Below, one piece after another: positions 38,512 to 52,154 of a DNA stretch of 64,000 bases. Numbering within the stretch: the first letter of the stretch is position 1; each line of letters starts with the position of its first letter. The stretch comes from Octopus bimaculoides (lineage: Eukaryota). The stretch lies in assembly GCF_001194135.2 (NCBI RefSeq), contig NC_069001.1, positions 20,118,047 through 20,182,046 on the forward strand, read 5' to 3'. Below the pieces are notes generated by a model. That model worked only from the letters and a program-made list of their open reading frames with translations, was not told the DNA's origin and did not search any database. The position numbers and the translations under genes were made by a program.

Positions 38512-39029
38512 NNNNNNNNNNNNNNNNNNNNNNNNNNNNNNNNNNNNNNNNNNNNNNNNNNNNNNNNNNNNNNNNNNNNNNNNNNNNNNNNNNNNNNNNN
38601 NNNNNNNNNNNNNNNNNNNNNNNNNNNNNNNNNNNNNNNNNNNNNNNNNNNNNNNNNNNNNNNNNNNNNNNNNNNNNNNNNNNNNNNNNNNNNNNNNNNN
38701 NNNNNNNNNNNNNNNNNNNNNNNNNNNNNNNNNNNNNNNNNNNNNNNNNNNNNNNNNNNNNNNNNNNNNNNNNNNNNNNNNNNNNNNNNNNNNNNNNNNN
38801 NNNNNNNNNNNNNNNNNNNNNNNNNNNNNNNNNNNNNNNNNNNNNNNNNNNNNNNNNNNNNNNNNNNNNNNNNNNNNNNNNNNNNNNNNNNNNNNNNNNN
38901 NNNNNNNNNNNNNNNNNNNNNNNNNNNNNNNNNNNNNNNNNNNNNNNNNNNNNNNNNNNNNNNNNNNNNNNNNNNNNNNNNNNNNNNNNNNNNNNNNNNN
39001 NNNNNNAAGACAGATGAGATTTTCTCAAG

Positions 39030-39510
39030 ATCAGCAAATGCATGTTGCAGCACTTAATGCTGGATCATTAAATCAATGTTTTAATGATTAGGCATAGGTC
39101 CAGTAGAACAGCTCTCAGAAACAGACTACGTACAAATTCATTCTTCACAACTCCTGAAGCTGTTTTCAGATATGATCCATCCCATTCTTATAAAAATGGT
39201 AACTCTGTCCAAATTGGTGTGCTGCTCAGGCGGCCAGGTAACATTGCCAGCACTACCAGCTCCTCCTCAACCTCTTATGGATTTTCTAGAAGGCACTTCC
39301 ATCCAGCCAAAGGATTTTCTGAACAATATCAGACAAGACGACTCTGCATTTCAAATGACATCGTTTACTGCATCTAAGAAGATAAATAAACATGAATTTA
39401 CGCCAACGTCAAAGTTCAAGGGCGAGTCTATCACCTCACTGGTTCCTTGTTACCCACAAATGAACAACCACAGTTCCTCCAAATTTATTTTATGAGTGAT
39501 GTAGGACAAC
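39030..39510 (+). mobile_element. Helitron Rep N-terminal fragment
   Basis: CCSGGQVTLPALPAPPQPL...FLNNIRQDDSAFQMTSF, then in a shifted frame KVQGRVYHLTGSLLP...FLQIYF. These are characteristic Helitron pre-Rep motifs. Confidence 0.8.
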
Positions 39511-39879
39511 AAACCCGACGAAAGTGTCAAAATTTAAGATGATGGGTCATGTTAGACACAGCGCTGACTGCTGCAAAGAAGAGTATATCCACTGACAGCT
39601 TTTTGGTGCATTCAAAAATCACATAACCCCCACCTCCAATTTTCCATGACAGGTTAGGGCCTGAAATACTCCAAATGGATGCATAGCATGTTGCTTAATC
39701 GAATTAGCCCAGCATTTACTCCACAATGTCTTGTTGTCAATGCTACACTTTCCATTATCACCTGTTTCAACATAATTGTAATATATTATATACAAATCAT
39801 GCCATTTTAATCCCGAGCAATGCTGGGTATCTCTGCTAGTATATATATATATATATATACGTATATACACATACATACA

Positions 39880-40156
39880 TTCATATATGTATATCAGCAC
39901 CGCCTTCACTGGGTTTTGTTGGTGGCACGTAAAAAGCACCAACCGATCAATAGTCGTTGCCAGCCTCCTCTGGCCCACAACAAAAAAGCACCCACAACAC
40001 TCATGGAGTGGTTGGCTTTTGGAAGGGCATCCAGCTGTAGAAACCCTGCCAGCTCAGACTGGAGCCTGCTGCAGCCTCCTGGCTTCCCAGAACCCGATCG
40101 AACCGTCTAACCCATGCTAACATGGAAAACGGATGTTAAACGATGATGATGATGAT
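39880..40156 (+). mobile_element. RTE 3' UTR fragment with (GAT)n tail
   Basis: GGAAGGGCATCCAGCTGTAGAAAC...CATGGAAAACGGATGTTAAACGATGATGATG, as at the ends of 46720 and 59570. Short related ends near 29150, 31935, 44030, 49440 and 54490. Confidence 0.75.
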
Positions 40157-40242
40157 ACATACATACATACATACATACATACATGGATTCGACAAAATAA
40201 TGGAAACACCTTAAAATTTTAATTAAATATATTTTAATATGG

Positions 40243-40281
<39 letters not shown>

Positions 40282-40390
40282 ATAATAATATTAGGGATAA
40301 AAATCCAAAATTACAGGTAAAAACTCAATTAAAATTATATATACAAATACTTATATACATATACATACATACAGATATACATACATACAG

Positions 40391-40439
<49 letters not shown>

Positions 40440-40442
<3 letters not shown>

Positions 40443-40579
40443 ATGTATATGGTTGTGTGTCAGTGTTTGTCCCCACAAACAACCAATGCTGGTGTGTTTA
40501 CATCCCCATCATCTAGTGGTTCGGCTTACAAAGAGTAAGTCCTGAGGTTGATTTGCTCGACTAAAGGCGGCGCTCCAGC

Positions 40580-40612
<33 letters not shown>

Positions 40613-40815
40613 GATGTGTGTGTGTTTGTTTGTTCCACCCACCATCGCTTGGCAACCGATGTTGGTATGTTTACATTACCATTACTTAGTGGTTCAGCAA
40701 AAGATACTGGTAGAATAAGTACTAGGCTTTCAAAGAAGTCCTCGTTTTGATTTGTTCGACTAAAGGTGGTGCTCCAGCATGGCCGCAGTCAAATGTCTGA
40801 AACAAATAAAAGAAT
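40440..40815 (+). mobile_element. Two tandem 3' halves of the family C SINE
   Basis: Repeated block ...GTGTTTACAT...AGTGGTTC...GACTAAAGG.GG.GCTCCAGCA separated by (TA)n. Confidence 0.65.
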
Positions 40816-42115
40816 AAAAGAAAGAATACATGGTAAAGGAAACTTGGTTTCTCATCACTGTTTTTTTAATAAAATATATACTTTTCCTGTAGAAAGTTCC
40901 TGATATAGTTAAGCACCAGATTAATTAAGGTGGGAAATCAGTAAAATCTAACACATGTAATATATCACAAGTGAAATCAATTGACTCTTTCACTCCTCTT
41001 CTTATCTTGGTCTTGTTTAAATCATGCCCGTGGAAGGTTATTATAATTGTCAACACAGTGTGTTGGTATAGTCTGTATGCATCATCTCTATCTTTGATTC
41101 TCATTTAGAAAACTCTTCACTTTAGTTACTTTGAGACTTCACACAATCTCTTTTCCTGTTCTTCTTTGAAATATGTACTCTCAAATTTCATAAGAACTGA
41201 ACCAGCTGGTTTTGATTCTGAGATTTCTTTCACTCAAAGTGTTTGAATATTTAGCAAATCTACTTTTTTTTGCTATAAAATAAACACAAAAAACCCCATA
41301 ATTATTAACTAGGAATGGTTAAGGTAGCTGACAGACTTTATATTTCTTCAAAGTTTAGTAGAAAATAGGGTCTTGTACCTTTGAAAATAAATTTATATAA
41401 GACATTAAATGATACTTCAAAAAAGCAGTAACAAAGGATGGTAAAAAAAAAAAAAAAAACAATATCTAAACTGATCTCTATTCTCTGCTCTCTACACTCA
41501 AGGTTTCTCATTTTATTTTGAGAAAATCTCCATCAGTAACTGGGTAACATTATAGTGTAAATTCTATCAATAATTACAGTAAATATAGGTCATATTTATG
41601 AATCATATTTTCTTATTAGACTTGATATTATACTTTTTATTCTTGTTTCAAATTAATTTAATTTCCTGACGGGCACTAGATAATAGAGATGTCAATGCAT
41701 GACCAACTGTAGAGTATCTTCTCTCTTCTCTCCTACCCATCCATTGACCCCTACGTGCACCAAGAATTGAAATTCTTTCTCATGAATATACATTTTGCTC
41801 CTTCTTTTTCTTTCTCTGGACTTTATTACTTCCCAACATTGAGTTTCTTGTATTGTTGTTCTGAACATCAGCCAGCAGAGCTTTTCTAACTGTTTGGGAG
41901 CATTCTGCATACATTGTGAGAACATTGGCGCGGCAGGGTTCCTGCTACTACTCCTTTTCAGTATCACACAGCTGCTTCGCAGAGGCGTTCTATAATGAAG
42001 TGCATGTGTATGTGATCTGTTATTTTTAATTTTTACTTATTACTATTATTACTTTTGTATATAGTTGTCTTTCCATATACATACATGCGTGTTTGTGTGC
42101 TTATATATATATATA

Positions 42116-42154
<39 letters not shown>

Positions 42155-42175
42155 TTTATATATATGTACACTGTA

Positions 42176-42241
<66 letters not shown>

Positions 42242-42713
42242 TGCTGTTTTATCACTTATGTTTATGCATCTGTTGTTTATTTATTCATTGTAAAAGTGGT
42301 CAACAGTGGTGGTGGTGATTGTTGGAAGAATTTTTTGTGGGTTCAAATTGTAGCTAAATAATATTTCCTTTTCCTCCTCTCCTTTTGGTAGCATAATTTT
42401 TTTTTTCTCACTTTTTTCTGCTTTTACTCAAAAATGTTGAATATTTCATCCTTTTTTTAAAGTGAAATATTTCAGCAACAATCAATTAACAACACTGCTT
42501 CTTTTTTTAAAGTGGAAATTCATCTAACTATTCGGCGGTACTTCTTGCCCCTAAAATCTTGCTGATGGTGGAGGGCTGCTGGTGTAGTTTCTAGCGCTTA
42601 AACCAGTTAGAAACAAACTAAAAAGAATTAAAAAAAAAGTGAACTAAATTAGTTCCAATGAACACCCTTAATTAAAATTTTTCTCTTTTCCACCACCTAT
42701 GGCGGCCCCACAG

Positions 42714-42959
42714 CCCTCAACACCATCCCCGAAAAACGTCGCTCTTTTCTAGCTACAGTTACACCTCACCGGACCAAAAGTACCACAGGATTGCACATGT
42801 CCTCACCATCAGCATCTGCTCCAGTCAAGCCACGAGAAATGCGAACCCCTCGAAAACCTCGCCCAGCCAGTCTAGCCGGGACACTGCCTGGGTTTGTTCC
42901 CTTGGAAGTACCCAAAGCCAGCACACCAAGGAGTAAGAGTTCAGAAAGAATCTCGAAAG
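42714..42959 (+). CDS. MAP7: Exon D (phase 1 to 1), (A)LNTIPEKRRSFLATVTPHRTKST...PRKPRPASLAGTLPGF...RSKSSERISK; alternative in-frame acceptor at 42753
   Basis: Acceptors ccccacag|CC (42714) and cttttctag|CT (42753), donor AAAG|gtaagg. Overlaps ORF 42791..42991. Basic, P/S/T-rich sequence typical of a microtubule-associated protein linker. Confidence 0.75.
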
Positions 42960-45900
42960 GTAAGGATATTTACCAAGCTGTAATTGGCTAAAAAAAAGCA
43001 GCTGGAAGCTGGTATTATCAATTTCTATTTATTTATCAATAATTTTTTTTTCACAAATCTTGGGTTGCTTTAATCCAATGAATATTTCAAGTTGATATCT
43101 ACACTGAGTGTAATTAACGTGTTCCAACAATTCTTAACATTACTAAATTCAAGTTAACTTATTTGCACTATGCATCAGCTGAAGTTAATTCAATAAAAGT
43201 TGAAGTATATTGGTATATGACACAGTGTAAAAAAATTCTGGTCAGTGTAGGGCCAGTGTCAGGATATTCAACACTCTAGGCCAGCTCTACAATTCGTCCC
43301 TCCTTCTCCCACCCCTACGAAGTGTCCCCCCCTTCTCCCACCACTCCCTTCTTCCAGCCCTATAGTGTGCTCCCCATTTTCCTAGCTCTGTGGTGCATAT
43401 CCCCCTTCTCCAAGCCCTACAATCCATCACCCCTACTTCTATAATGTGCACGTCTCCTCCACGTTCTACATTGTTGCACCATTCTACTCTTATAATGTGC
43501 TCCCCATCTCTCAGCTGGATAGTGTGCACCCACTTCTCTCAGCCATACGGTTTCTAGAAATTACACCAGCTGAAAAATGCAATTGAAAAATCGCACAAAC
43601 AAGAACTGTAGTCATGGATACTACACAACCCACTCCTACTCCCTTTCCCACCCCAAACCTGTCCCCCATCCTACTCTGTTCCATGAGTAACCTCCCCTGC
43701 TCTCTTTATTACTGCGATTTCATGTTTTTTAGTTTAAGAAATTCTATTTTAATTGTTTTGAATTTATGTGGAGCCCCTAAGTTTCAGTACTGTTACTGAA
43801 TATACCTCACTCAGAGATTTTAAATAAATTATAACAAATCACTGTCTACCATCATATCAAATCTACCCTATTTACATATAAACTAGAAATACATACCTGA
43901 ACTATAGAAGTTGTTCAAACTGGCCAAATCCGGTTTCTTACACCTACCCTACAATGTTATACTAGAAGTGAACAATCACATCATCAAAATCTCAAAGCTA
44001 CAAGATAATGCATGATTAATTCAAAGCAATCATCATCATCATAGTCCATTTTTCATGCTGGCATAGGTTAAATGGTTTGACCAGAGCTGGTTAGCTGGAG
44101 AGCTGCACCAGGCTCCAGTCTTCTTTTTGGGCTTGGTTTCTGCGGTTGGATGCCCTTCCTAACATCAAGTGATTTGAATGCTAAATAGTTAAAAACACAT
44201 ATAGCCAGACCTCTTGGTTATGGTGGGAAATATACTGCTTTAATAAATAAATAAACTCTATTTTTATTGTTTTTATTTAACTTGAAGGTTTAGTGAGAAA
44301 TGTTTCTAGTATATCCTACTCCTGTTAAGATTATATCTGTCAGAATATATCCAAAACTGGTATGAAAATTTTTTTGAAATGATATGCATTGAATATTTTT
44401 TCTTAATAATCTATCTCCATTCATACATACACTACCATATATATGACCCAAACTGTGTTACATACTGATTTTTCAGATTTAAATATAGACATGCAGGTGT
44501 AGGAAAGGGTTAAGAAAATATATAAAAGATTGTATTAATACTTGTGTGAAATAAACCTAAACTTAGTTATAAGTATTTCAAAATTATCTGCAGTTTATCT
44601 TCATAATTTTCTATGATAAACATGTTATACTATGCCCCTCTCTCTCTATATATGTGTGTGTGTGTGTGTGTGTGTGGTGTCCAAAAATAAAATAAAAAAC
44701 AACACAAAGATGAATGAAAGAACAACAAACAGGGTGTATTAGTTTTGTGCTCAGGAAAATGGAAGAATTCTTTAACATTTCTAGCTTCTGCTCTTTTACA
44801 GAAGGGATAGACAAGGAGAGAGAAAAAGTGTGTCTGAATTAAACAGTCAAGGCATGCCGAAATATATGATATATTTATTTTCATACCTATTTTTCCATGC
44901 CAGTATGGGTTAGACAATGGGGCATTGTTTTACAGCTAGATGCCCTTCTTGTCACTAACCCTTCTTGTTTTACAAGTCAAGAGATGATGTATTGCATAGG
45001 TCTTCAAAAGTGCAGTTGACTGGGAAGTGACAGTGCATCACTACCTATTGCTTAGCAATTTTTGAAGAACTACAAATGTTAACAATTGCACAGTCATATG
45101 TGCATATAACACATGTCTGTGTGTAGACATGTGTGCATGTATATAGTTATAAGTATGTGTATGTATGTATGCATTGTATGTGTATATGTGTGTCTGTATA
45201 TTTTGTGTGTATATAATTATAGGTATGTGTATGTATGCATTGTATATATGTGTGTGTATGATAGTCTGTGTTCAATTCCTATCAGCCAGATTCACTCATA
45301 AGGTATTGGTTGACCTGGGGCTATAGTTGAAAGCACTTGCCCAAAGTGCTATGCTGTGAGACTGAACCACAAAACACACACATGCGTGCGCAAACACACA
45401 CTCACACACTCACACACACCATCATTATCATTATATATACATATATACCATACATACATACATAGACAGAGAAAGGGAGATGTCTATGTATGACTTAGTT
45501 ACTTTGCAGCAAAGTATTAATGGCTGCTGGGTTTTTGTTCTCCCTTTCACCACTTACATGATGCACTGGCACATATACAGAAGCATGCTGTTTGTCTGAA
45601 CAACTGTCCAATTCTGCTCTCTATTGCTATAGTTGATACTTCCATTACTTGAAGGCAGTGGCATGATTTTTAGACTCTTTCCTGTACTTCTCTTTCTCTT
45701 TTCTATCCATATGCTCAATGTTTGCCTTTTTCTGTTACCTGTAGAGTTTTGTAGATCTCAGTCAGAAAGCTTCTCTTGCTCAATGCTATGTCATGCTTGT
45801 TGATGGGACAGTTGTCATTGTGGAAGCAAGCACAAATGCACTGGTTGTATTTTTCAGTTACCATCAAAGCATGTAAACACTGGAATCTCAACAATATTTT

Positions 45901-46719
45901 TTTTTCTTAAACTTGTATTGACTTGTCCGTCCATTGAAAATTCTCTTAAAACAAACCCTTGATGCATATTATTAACATTTTTGGTGTCTATTTACCTTAC
46001 CATGTTACTTGTTATTCATAAACAAAGAATAGATATCAAACTCCCATCTATTCTATTTTATTTATTTCAGTTTTTGCTTTGGTAATTATTACATAAAAAC
46101 ATTGGTGAAAATATTTACATTGTGTTTGTGTTAAGATCTGATGAAATGTTTGTATATGTATTGTTTTCAAAACTAATCAAGTTGGAACCCATATTCAGTA
46201 TTCACATGTTTCATGTTCTACATTTTTCTAGCATGAGTTGATTTCATGTCTACTATGTTTGTTGTTGTCTTTTGCAGCCTGTTGTGGTTACCAACACAGT
46301 AATTCACATTTATATGCATTGATATTTGTCATGACATGATATAATATGATATTTTACTTACCATAAAAATTGATGTATAATTTTTTTTATGTTTGTTTCT
46401 ATGTGTGGGGTTTTATTTTGGGATTCTCAGCAAATCGGTTTGGCTGGATAAATTTATTTACTGCTGTGTGTCAAAAACATTGGTTTGTAGATGAAGGAGA
46501 GATAACACCCGGGCATTAGTTTGTTTATATAAGATAGATAAAAACTAGGGCATTGGTTTGTACATAAAAAAGAAATGTAAAAACAAATTAGAGCATTTTG
46601 TTTTTGCGAGGGAAACAACATCAATAGTTTGAATGTACAATATATTCTGAGAAGTTGACCAAGAGGATTTAAGGGAAGATAGTCGAAAACTAAGGCCAGA
46701 GATAGCTGTGAGCAGATAT

Positions 46720-47626
46720 TGCTGGCGACAAAGGGACTCTCACTCAGAGTAAAAGGCAGACTGTATGACGCATGCGTACGAACAACCATGCTACATGGCA
46801 GTGAAACATGGGCTGTAACTGCTGAGGACATACGTAAGCTCGCAAGGAATGAAGCCAGTATGCTCCGTTGGATGTGTAATGTCAATGTGAATACCCGTCA
46901 GAGTGTAAGTATCTTGAGAGAAAAGCTGAACATTAGAAGCATCAGTTGTGGCGTGCAAGAGAGACGATTGCGCTGGTATGGACATGTGGTGAGAATGGAG
47001 GAGGATAGCTGCGTGAAANNNNNNNNNNNNNNNNNNNNNNNNNNNNNNNNNNNNNNNNNNNNNNNNNNNNNNNNNNNNNNNNNNNNNNNNNNNNNNNNNN
47101 NNNNNNNNNNNNNNNNNNNNNNNNNNNNNNNNNNNNNNNNNNNNNNNNNNNNNNNNNNNNNNNNNNNNNNNNNNNNNNNNNNNNNNNNNNNNNNNNNNNN
47201 NNNNNNNNNNNNNNNNNNNNNNNNNNNNNNNNNNNNNNNNNNNNNNNNNNNNNNNNNNNNNNNNNNNNNNNNNNNNNNNNNNNNNNNNNNNNNNNNNNNN
47301 NNNNNNNNNNNNNNNNNNNNNNNNNNNNNNNNNNNNNNNNNNNNNNNNNNNNNNNNNNNNNNNNNNNNNNNNNNNNNNNNNNNNNNNNNNNNNNNNNNNN
47401 NNNNNNNNNNNNNNNNNNNNNNNNNNNGTTTTCGTGCGGGTGACACGTAAAAGCACCCACTACACTCTCTGAGTGGTTGGCGTTAGGAAGGGCATCCAGC
47501 TGTAGAAACTCTGCCAAATCAGACTGGAGCCTGGTGTTGCCATCCGGTTTCACCAGTCCTCAGTCAAATCGTCCAACCCATGCAAGCATGGAAAGCGGAC
47601 GTTAAACGATGATGATGATGATGATG
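46720..47626 (+). mobile_element. 5'-truncated young RTE LINE spanning a gap
   Basis: Uninterrupted LATKGLSLRVKGRLYDACVRTTMLHGSETW...RRLRWYGHVVRM up to the gap. The 3' UTR ends in (GAT)n. Confidence 0.85.
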
Positions 47627-48106
47627 AAATCAATGGGGATTTGCACATAGGTAGCAATTTTGAAAGAATTGATTGAGAAAAGAGATAGAAGGAGCATGGT
47701 TGCTTTTCATCTCTGTCTTAGTCATTTCAGTGTTGAAAACTTGCTGAATTAATGATGAGATATCCTATAAACATGTTAAACACAACAGAGAAAGAATATA
47801 GATTATGTATGTCTTTTGGATTTTGTTAAGTTGACCAGGTTCATCTACAGGTAAGTTAAATATTGTATGAAATAACCACAGCTGTAGGCTACTTACACAG
47901 ATATACAAACATATTAAGCATGTGTAGTTCATGGTTAAAACTTCTTCCATGATACATAGATCGGATCTTCAACCAAATGTTCCATTGCTGACAAACTTCT
48001 AAATACAGCAACTATATTATTTCTGAACACTAACCCAACAACCTTTCTATCTTAACCAAGCAGACTCAAACATGCATACAAACATTAAATAATTGCAGTA
48101 TGTTGT

Positions 48107-48640
48107 GTCTTTAGCATCAAATACTGCTGGATACCAACCATCTTTGTTAAACGGTCTTCTTCTTCAGAGCAAGGGGCATATTGTATGATGCCTGTGTTGA
48201 AACTGCAATACTGCATGGTTGGGAGATGTAGGCCTTCGGTTTAGAAGACTTGCAAAAGCTATAAAGAAATGAAACAAACATACTCTAATGGGCATGTGAA
48301 ATGTGCATAAATGCTAGAGTATAAATAAGCTGAGAGGAAATACAAGATAAGGGGAATTGTATTTAGTGTGCAAAAGAGGAGGCTGCCTTGGTGTAGGCAT
48401 GTGATGAATATGGTGGATGATATTTAACTTACCTGTAGATGATGGCTGTATTAGTAAGTGCTGTGCATTCCAAGTTAATGGGATCTGTGAAAAAGGGAGT
48501 CTAAGGAAAGTATGGAACAAAGTGGTGAAAGTTGACTTGAAGCTGCTGCATCTCGCAGAGATGTCAAAGGATGCTATTGATTGGCAATACACGGTACTGC
48601 AGAAGATGCAGCCACACAAAGCAAAACAAACATATATTGA
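48107..48640 (+). mobile_element. Degenerate RTE fragment
   Basis: Decayed GHIV*CLC*NCNTAW / KVWNKVVKVDLKLLHL.. text homologous to the C-terminus of 46720 and 59570. Confidence 0.55.
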
Positions 48641-48923
48641 AATGAGGTTAGTGATATGTTTTCATGTATGTGTGTGTATACATGCATATGTGTGTGTGTA
48701 TATATTTGTATCCTACCAAGGTTACATTTACTGCTACCCTTCACATCCTTGACCTCCCTCTTATCTACTTGTTGCTTAACTTCCTCCCCCACTCATCTTT
48801 GTCACTCATTTCCTTCCATCTTCTTCCTACTACTACCATCCTCATCACCCTTCACTAGGCCATCTGCATCAGTCCATCTGTATCCATTACATTTTAGCTT
48901 CACCCTTTCTCTACTATCAACCA

Positions 48924-48965
<42 letters not shown>

Positions 48966-50951
48966 TTGGGCTACTTTTTGTCCAACACTTTCTCTTGTCT
49001 TTATCCTATCACTTTCTTCTTGTCTTCACCTCAACAACCCTGTCTTTATCACTATACTGTTGCTCCCTCCATCCAGTCATTCTTGTCTTTCTGTCATCAT
49101 ATCTCTCTCTCTCTCTCATCTTTCCACTCCTTAGCCACATTACCTGAGTTACTCTCTACATTTACAGTGTACAAGGCATCTTGCCTTCTATGCTGATGTC
49201 ATTGTGAATGATGACGGAACAGAGAAAAAGTAGGGTTGAGGGGTCACTTTGGTTTCACCTTAACCAGTACACATTATAAAATGGATGGCAAATGGATAGA
49301 GAAGATGTAGGGTTGAGAAGTACCTTTAGTCTTGTCTCGACAAGGACTTGACAACCTCTCTGATGCTGGTGCCACAAGAAAATACAGCCAGTACAGTGTA
49401 AAATGGTTGGTGTAAACCAGGACATCTAACCTTAGAAGCCAAACCAAAATGCTATGTACAAACACCAGTTCTATGAGAGCAGTGGCTTCTAATAAGAAGT
49501 TACTCTGGTTTGTGACCTGCCCAATACATTTCAGCATGGAAAGCAGACTTGAAAAATGATGATAGTGATGATGATGATGCCTATTTTTGCTACCATTAGC
49601 AGAGATTATAACAATGGTTGCAGCATGTACTGGCTGCTATGCAACAATCCCATACCAAAATAAAAATATATATATATATGAAACTAGACTTGGTTGTTCC
49701 TGTCAAATATTAAATGTCTAGGCTCATAAACAGCATCAATAACTATAAAAATAAGTTGTTACAGAGATTGATTATCAACATAATGAAAGTAATTAGCTAT
49801 CATTCCATTCTACTTTGTATTTTTAGTTATTTTACTTCTTGTGACTTATGAAAATGTAGTTAGCTCAACAGAGGGGATAGGGCAGCATCAAAACATCTGG
49901 GGGGTTGTTGTATGACAAGCATGCAATGACAGCATAGGAAACAGACATTACATTAACAGTGAGGATGGAGATGATGATTACAACAGTGATGATTCATTAA
50001 AACTCTGGGAAAGGGCACTTCGCTTGAAGCTAATATCTTAATCCCATTGAAAATGCAGGTGCTCTTGACCCAAACCTTTGGGCATCAGTCAGCAGACAGA
50101 GGATGTTAGTAGTACTCTGAGCTGTGGATTATTGAATGTCTTGAAATGCTATTAAGAAAATCAATGGTTCTATGCATAATATAGTTAGACTGTCCCCCAT
50201 CTTTTTTTAGATGGTATTTTGAGGGAGACTTGTTTGAAAACAACACCACAGCCAACACAATGTAGAATGCCCAATAGAAGATTTGGTGACAGTTGTGTTG
50301 TCAACATTAAAACAGTAATGGGGATGATAATCTACATACTACTTTTCTCAATAGTGATAAAGCTAATCAGATTAGAAAAATTTGCTATTCAATTGAAATT
50401 TGTTCTTGCCTCTTTCATTAAATCTGTTGTCTTTTATTATAAATGTAAAGGCTTAACATATCTAATTCATTTCTCTGTTTTAACCTCAAATTCATTTGGA
50501 GGTAACATTTCCCCCTTTAGCCTAGTCTCTTTGAGGAGTGATAAAATTGAATCCAATATGCACAGCAGTACAAACAGCAATGAAGGTCGTGATTCAGCAT
50601 GTTTTTAACTTACACTATTGAAACAAACTTTTACTAAGAAAATAAGAATAAAATTCAAATGCTGCTCCAGCATGGCTTCAGCTGTGATTGTTTAAACCAA
50701 TTAATGAACATTCAAGAAACGGCATATCACAGTGTTCCAGTATAACTTCTGTTGGTTGACTGGGAAAATAATAAAAAAGTATATATGTATTGTGTGTGTG
50801 TGTGTGTGTGTGTGCATGCGTCTTTTATGGTTGATTTGGGGGTTTCAGGATTAGTTTAAGTAATGCTGTTTGCATGTTCTATTTGATTTGGAATGAATCA
50901 AAATATAAATCTCTGTCTTTACTATTATTATTTTTCTTTTACTATATTTAG

Positions 50952-51100
50952 ATAAACTTCGGAATCGATCTTCTACAATTGACTCTGCAAAATCTGACAA
51001 GTCTGTTAGCTCAACCGCATCTACTCAGTCTAAAAGTAGTAGGAAGGCCATTTTCGATCGATTGTCTACACCCAAGAAACCTACAGACACACCTCCCAAA
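50952..51100 (+). CDS. MAP7: Exon E (phase 1 to 0), (D)KLRNRSSTIDSAKSDKSVSSTASTQSKSSRKAIFDRLSTPKKPTDTPPK
   Basis: Long pyrimidine tract ending tatttag|ATAA, consensus donor AAA|gtaagt. Contains an FDRLSTPK motif of the RLSTP type seen in MAP7-family proteins. Missing from the ORF track because it has no start codon. Confidence 0.8.
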
Positions 51101-51758
51101 GTAAGTACACAACATTTTGCTTTCTACATTATTTTCAAAACATTCTGATTTATTATAACTACAGGGGTAGCTACAGTAGTAGTTATTGTTGTTTAAAGTT
51201 GAGTAGCTGCTTTATATCTGCTTGAGTCATCTTTGAAATAGAAAGAGATAATCAGTTTTTTAAAAAATAATCCATCTGTTCTGAGTATACTTTACTTACT
51301 AGTTGCCCAGCATGTCATTGGCTCAGTTCCAGTAATTTTACTTCTCTTCTGTTTTTTTGCTGCTTTTGTGGACTTGCGTGACTCTGTCCAATTCCATTAT
51401 TATGAATGTGAATTGGGAGCTCAAGTCTTTTGTTAGCTGATTACACAACCATGGACTCTACCTCTATGGATGTGTTACAGTTACTCTCTTGATAGAGTTT
51501 GGTGATCCTCCACTCAGCATCAATATAAGAAGAACCATTGGTTCAGTTGAGCTCTTCTGCTACTGCTTCACAATCCACCAGGCTCCAGTCCCACGACTTC
51601 ACCGTATCTCTGGTAGGTGGCTGAATGGGTGCTATGCCTTGCCTAAGTACAACCCATAACTGCGTGTGCACAAACATCACTCCATGAGGTATTTTCAAAA
51701 TAACTTCATACCCATGTGGTAAGCTTGTAAGCTTAAACTGTTTTTTGTTATAGCTGTG

Positions 51759-52154
51759 TATGAGGATCAGCTGAAACGTTCATAGGTTGACTAAGACACT
51801 CTCATGGAATGTGACCTAATGAGGCTTATTTTTCAACATATCCTCCCCCACACCCACCATTCGTGGTCCACACACTTCTTCCATCAATGTTGAAGTGCTT
51901 GGACCCCATTGGTGAAGAAACTTTCATCTTGTTAGTCAAAAAAGTCATCAACAGATATCACGTTATCATCACTGCAATACTGGTTCCCAGTATCAATGAT
52001 GATGAGTGTTTCTTCATGTTGGGGAACAAATGATAGATGGGGCCATATCAGAAAAATTACTAAGAAGAGTTGAAATTAATACATGCAATATTTCACAACT
52101 CTAGCATCATTCCTTCATAGTCAACCTCTGTGAACTTTTCATCCTATCCTTGTA
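51759..52154 (-). mobile_element. ~390-bp mariner deletion derivative with both TIRs
   Basis: TA-TGAGGATCAGCTGAAACGTTCATAGGTTGACT ... AGTCAACCTCTGTGAACTTTTCATCCTATCCTTG-TA. The interior matches the 3' end of the 58478 mariner. Confidence 0.75.

Larger units (their letters stand above)
5128..47427. other. Assembly gaps (N runs) at 5128-5161, 12009-12188, 32326-32846, 37035-37333, 38512-39006 and 47019-47427
   Basis: N runs, nearly all next to microsatellites or young repeats. Additional exons could be hidden in them. Confidence 0.98.

Noticed and set aside
44803-44830. Exon candidate EGIDKEREK
   Set aside because: Weak GTGTGT donor and phase incompatible with exon E.
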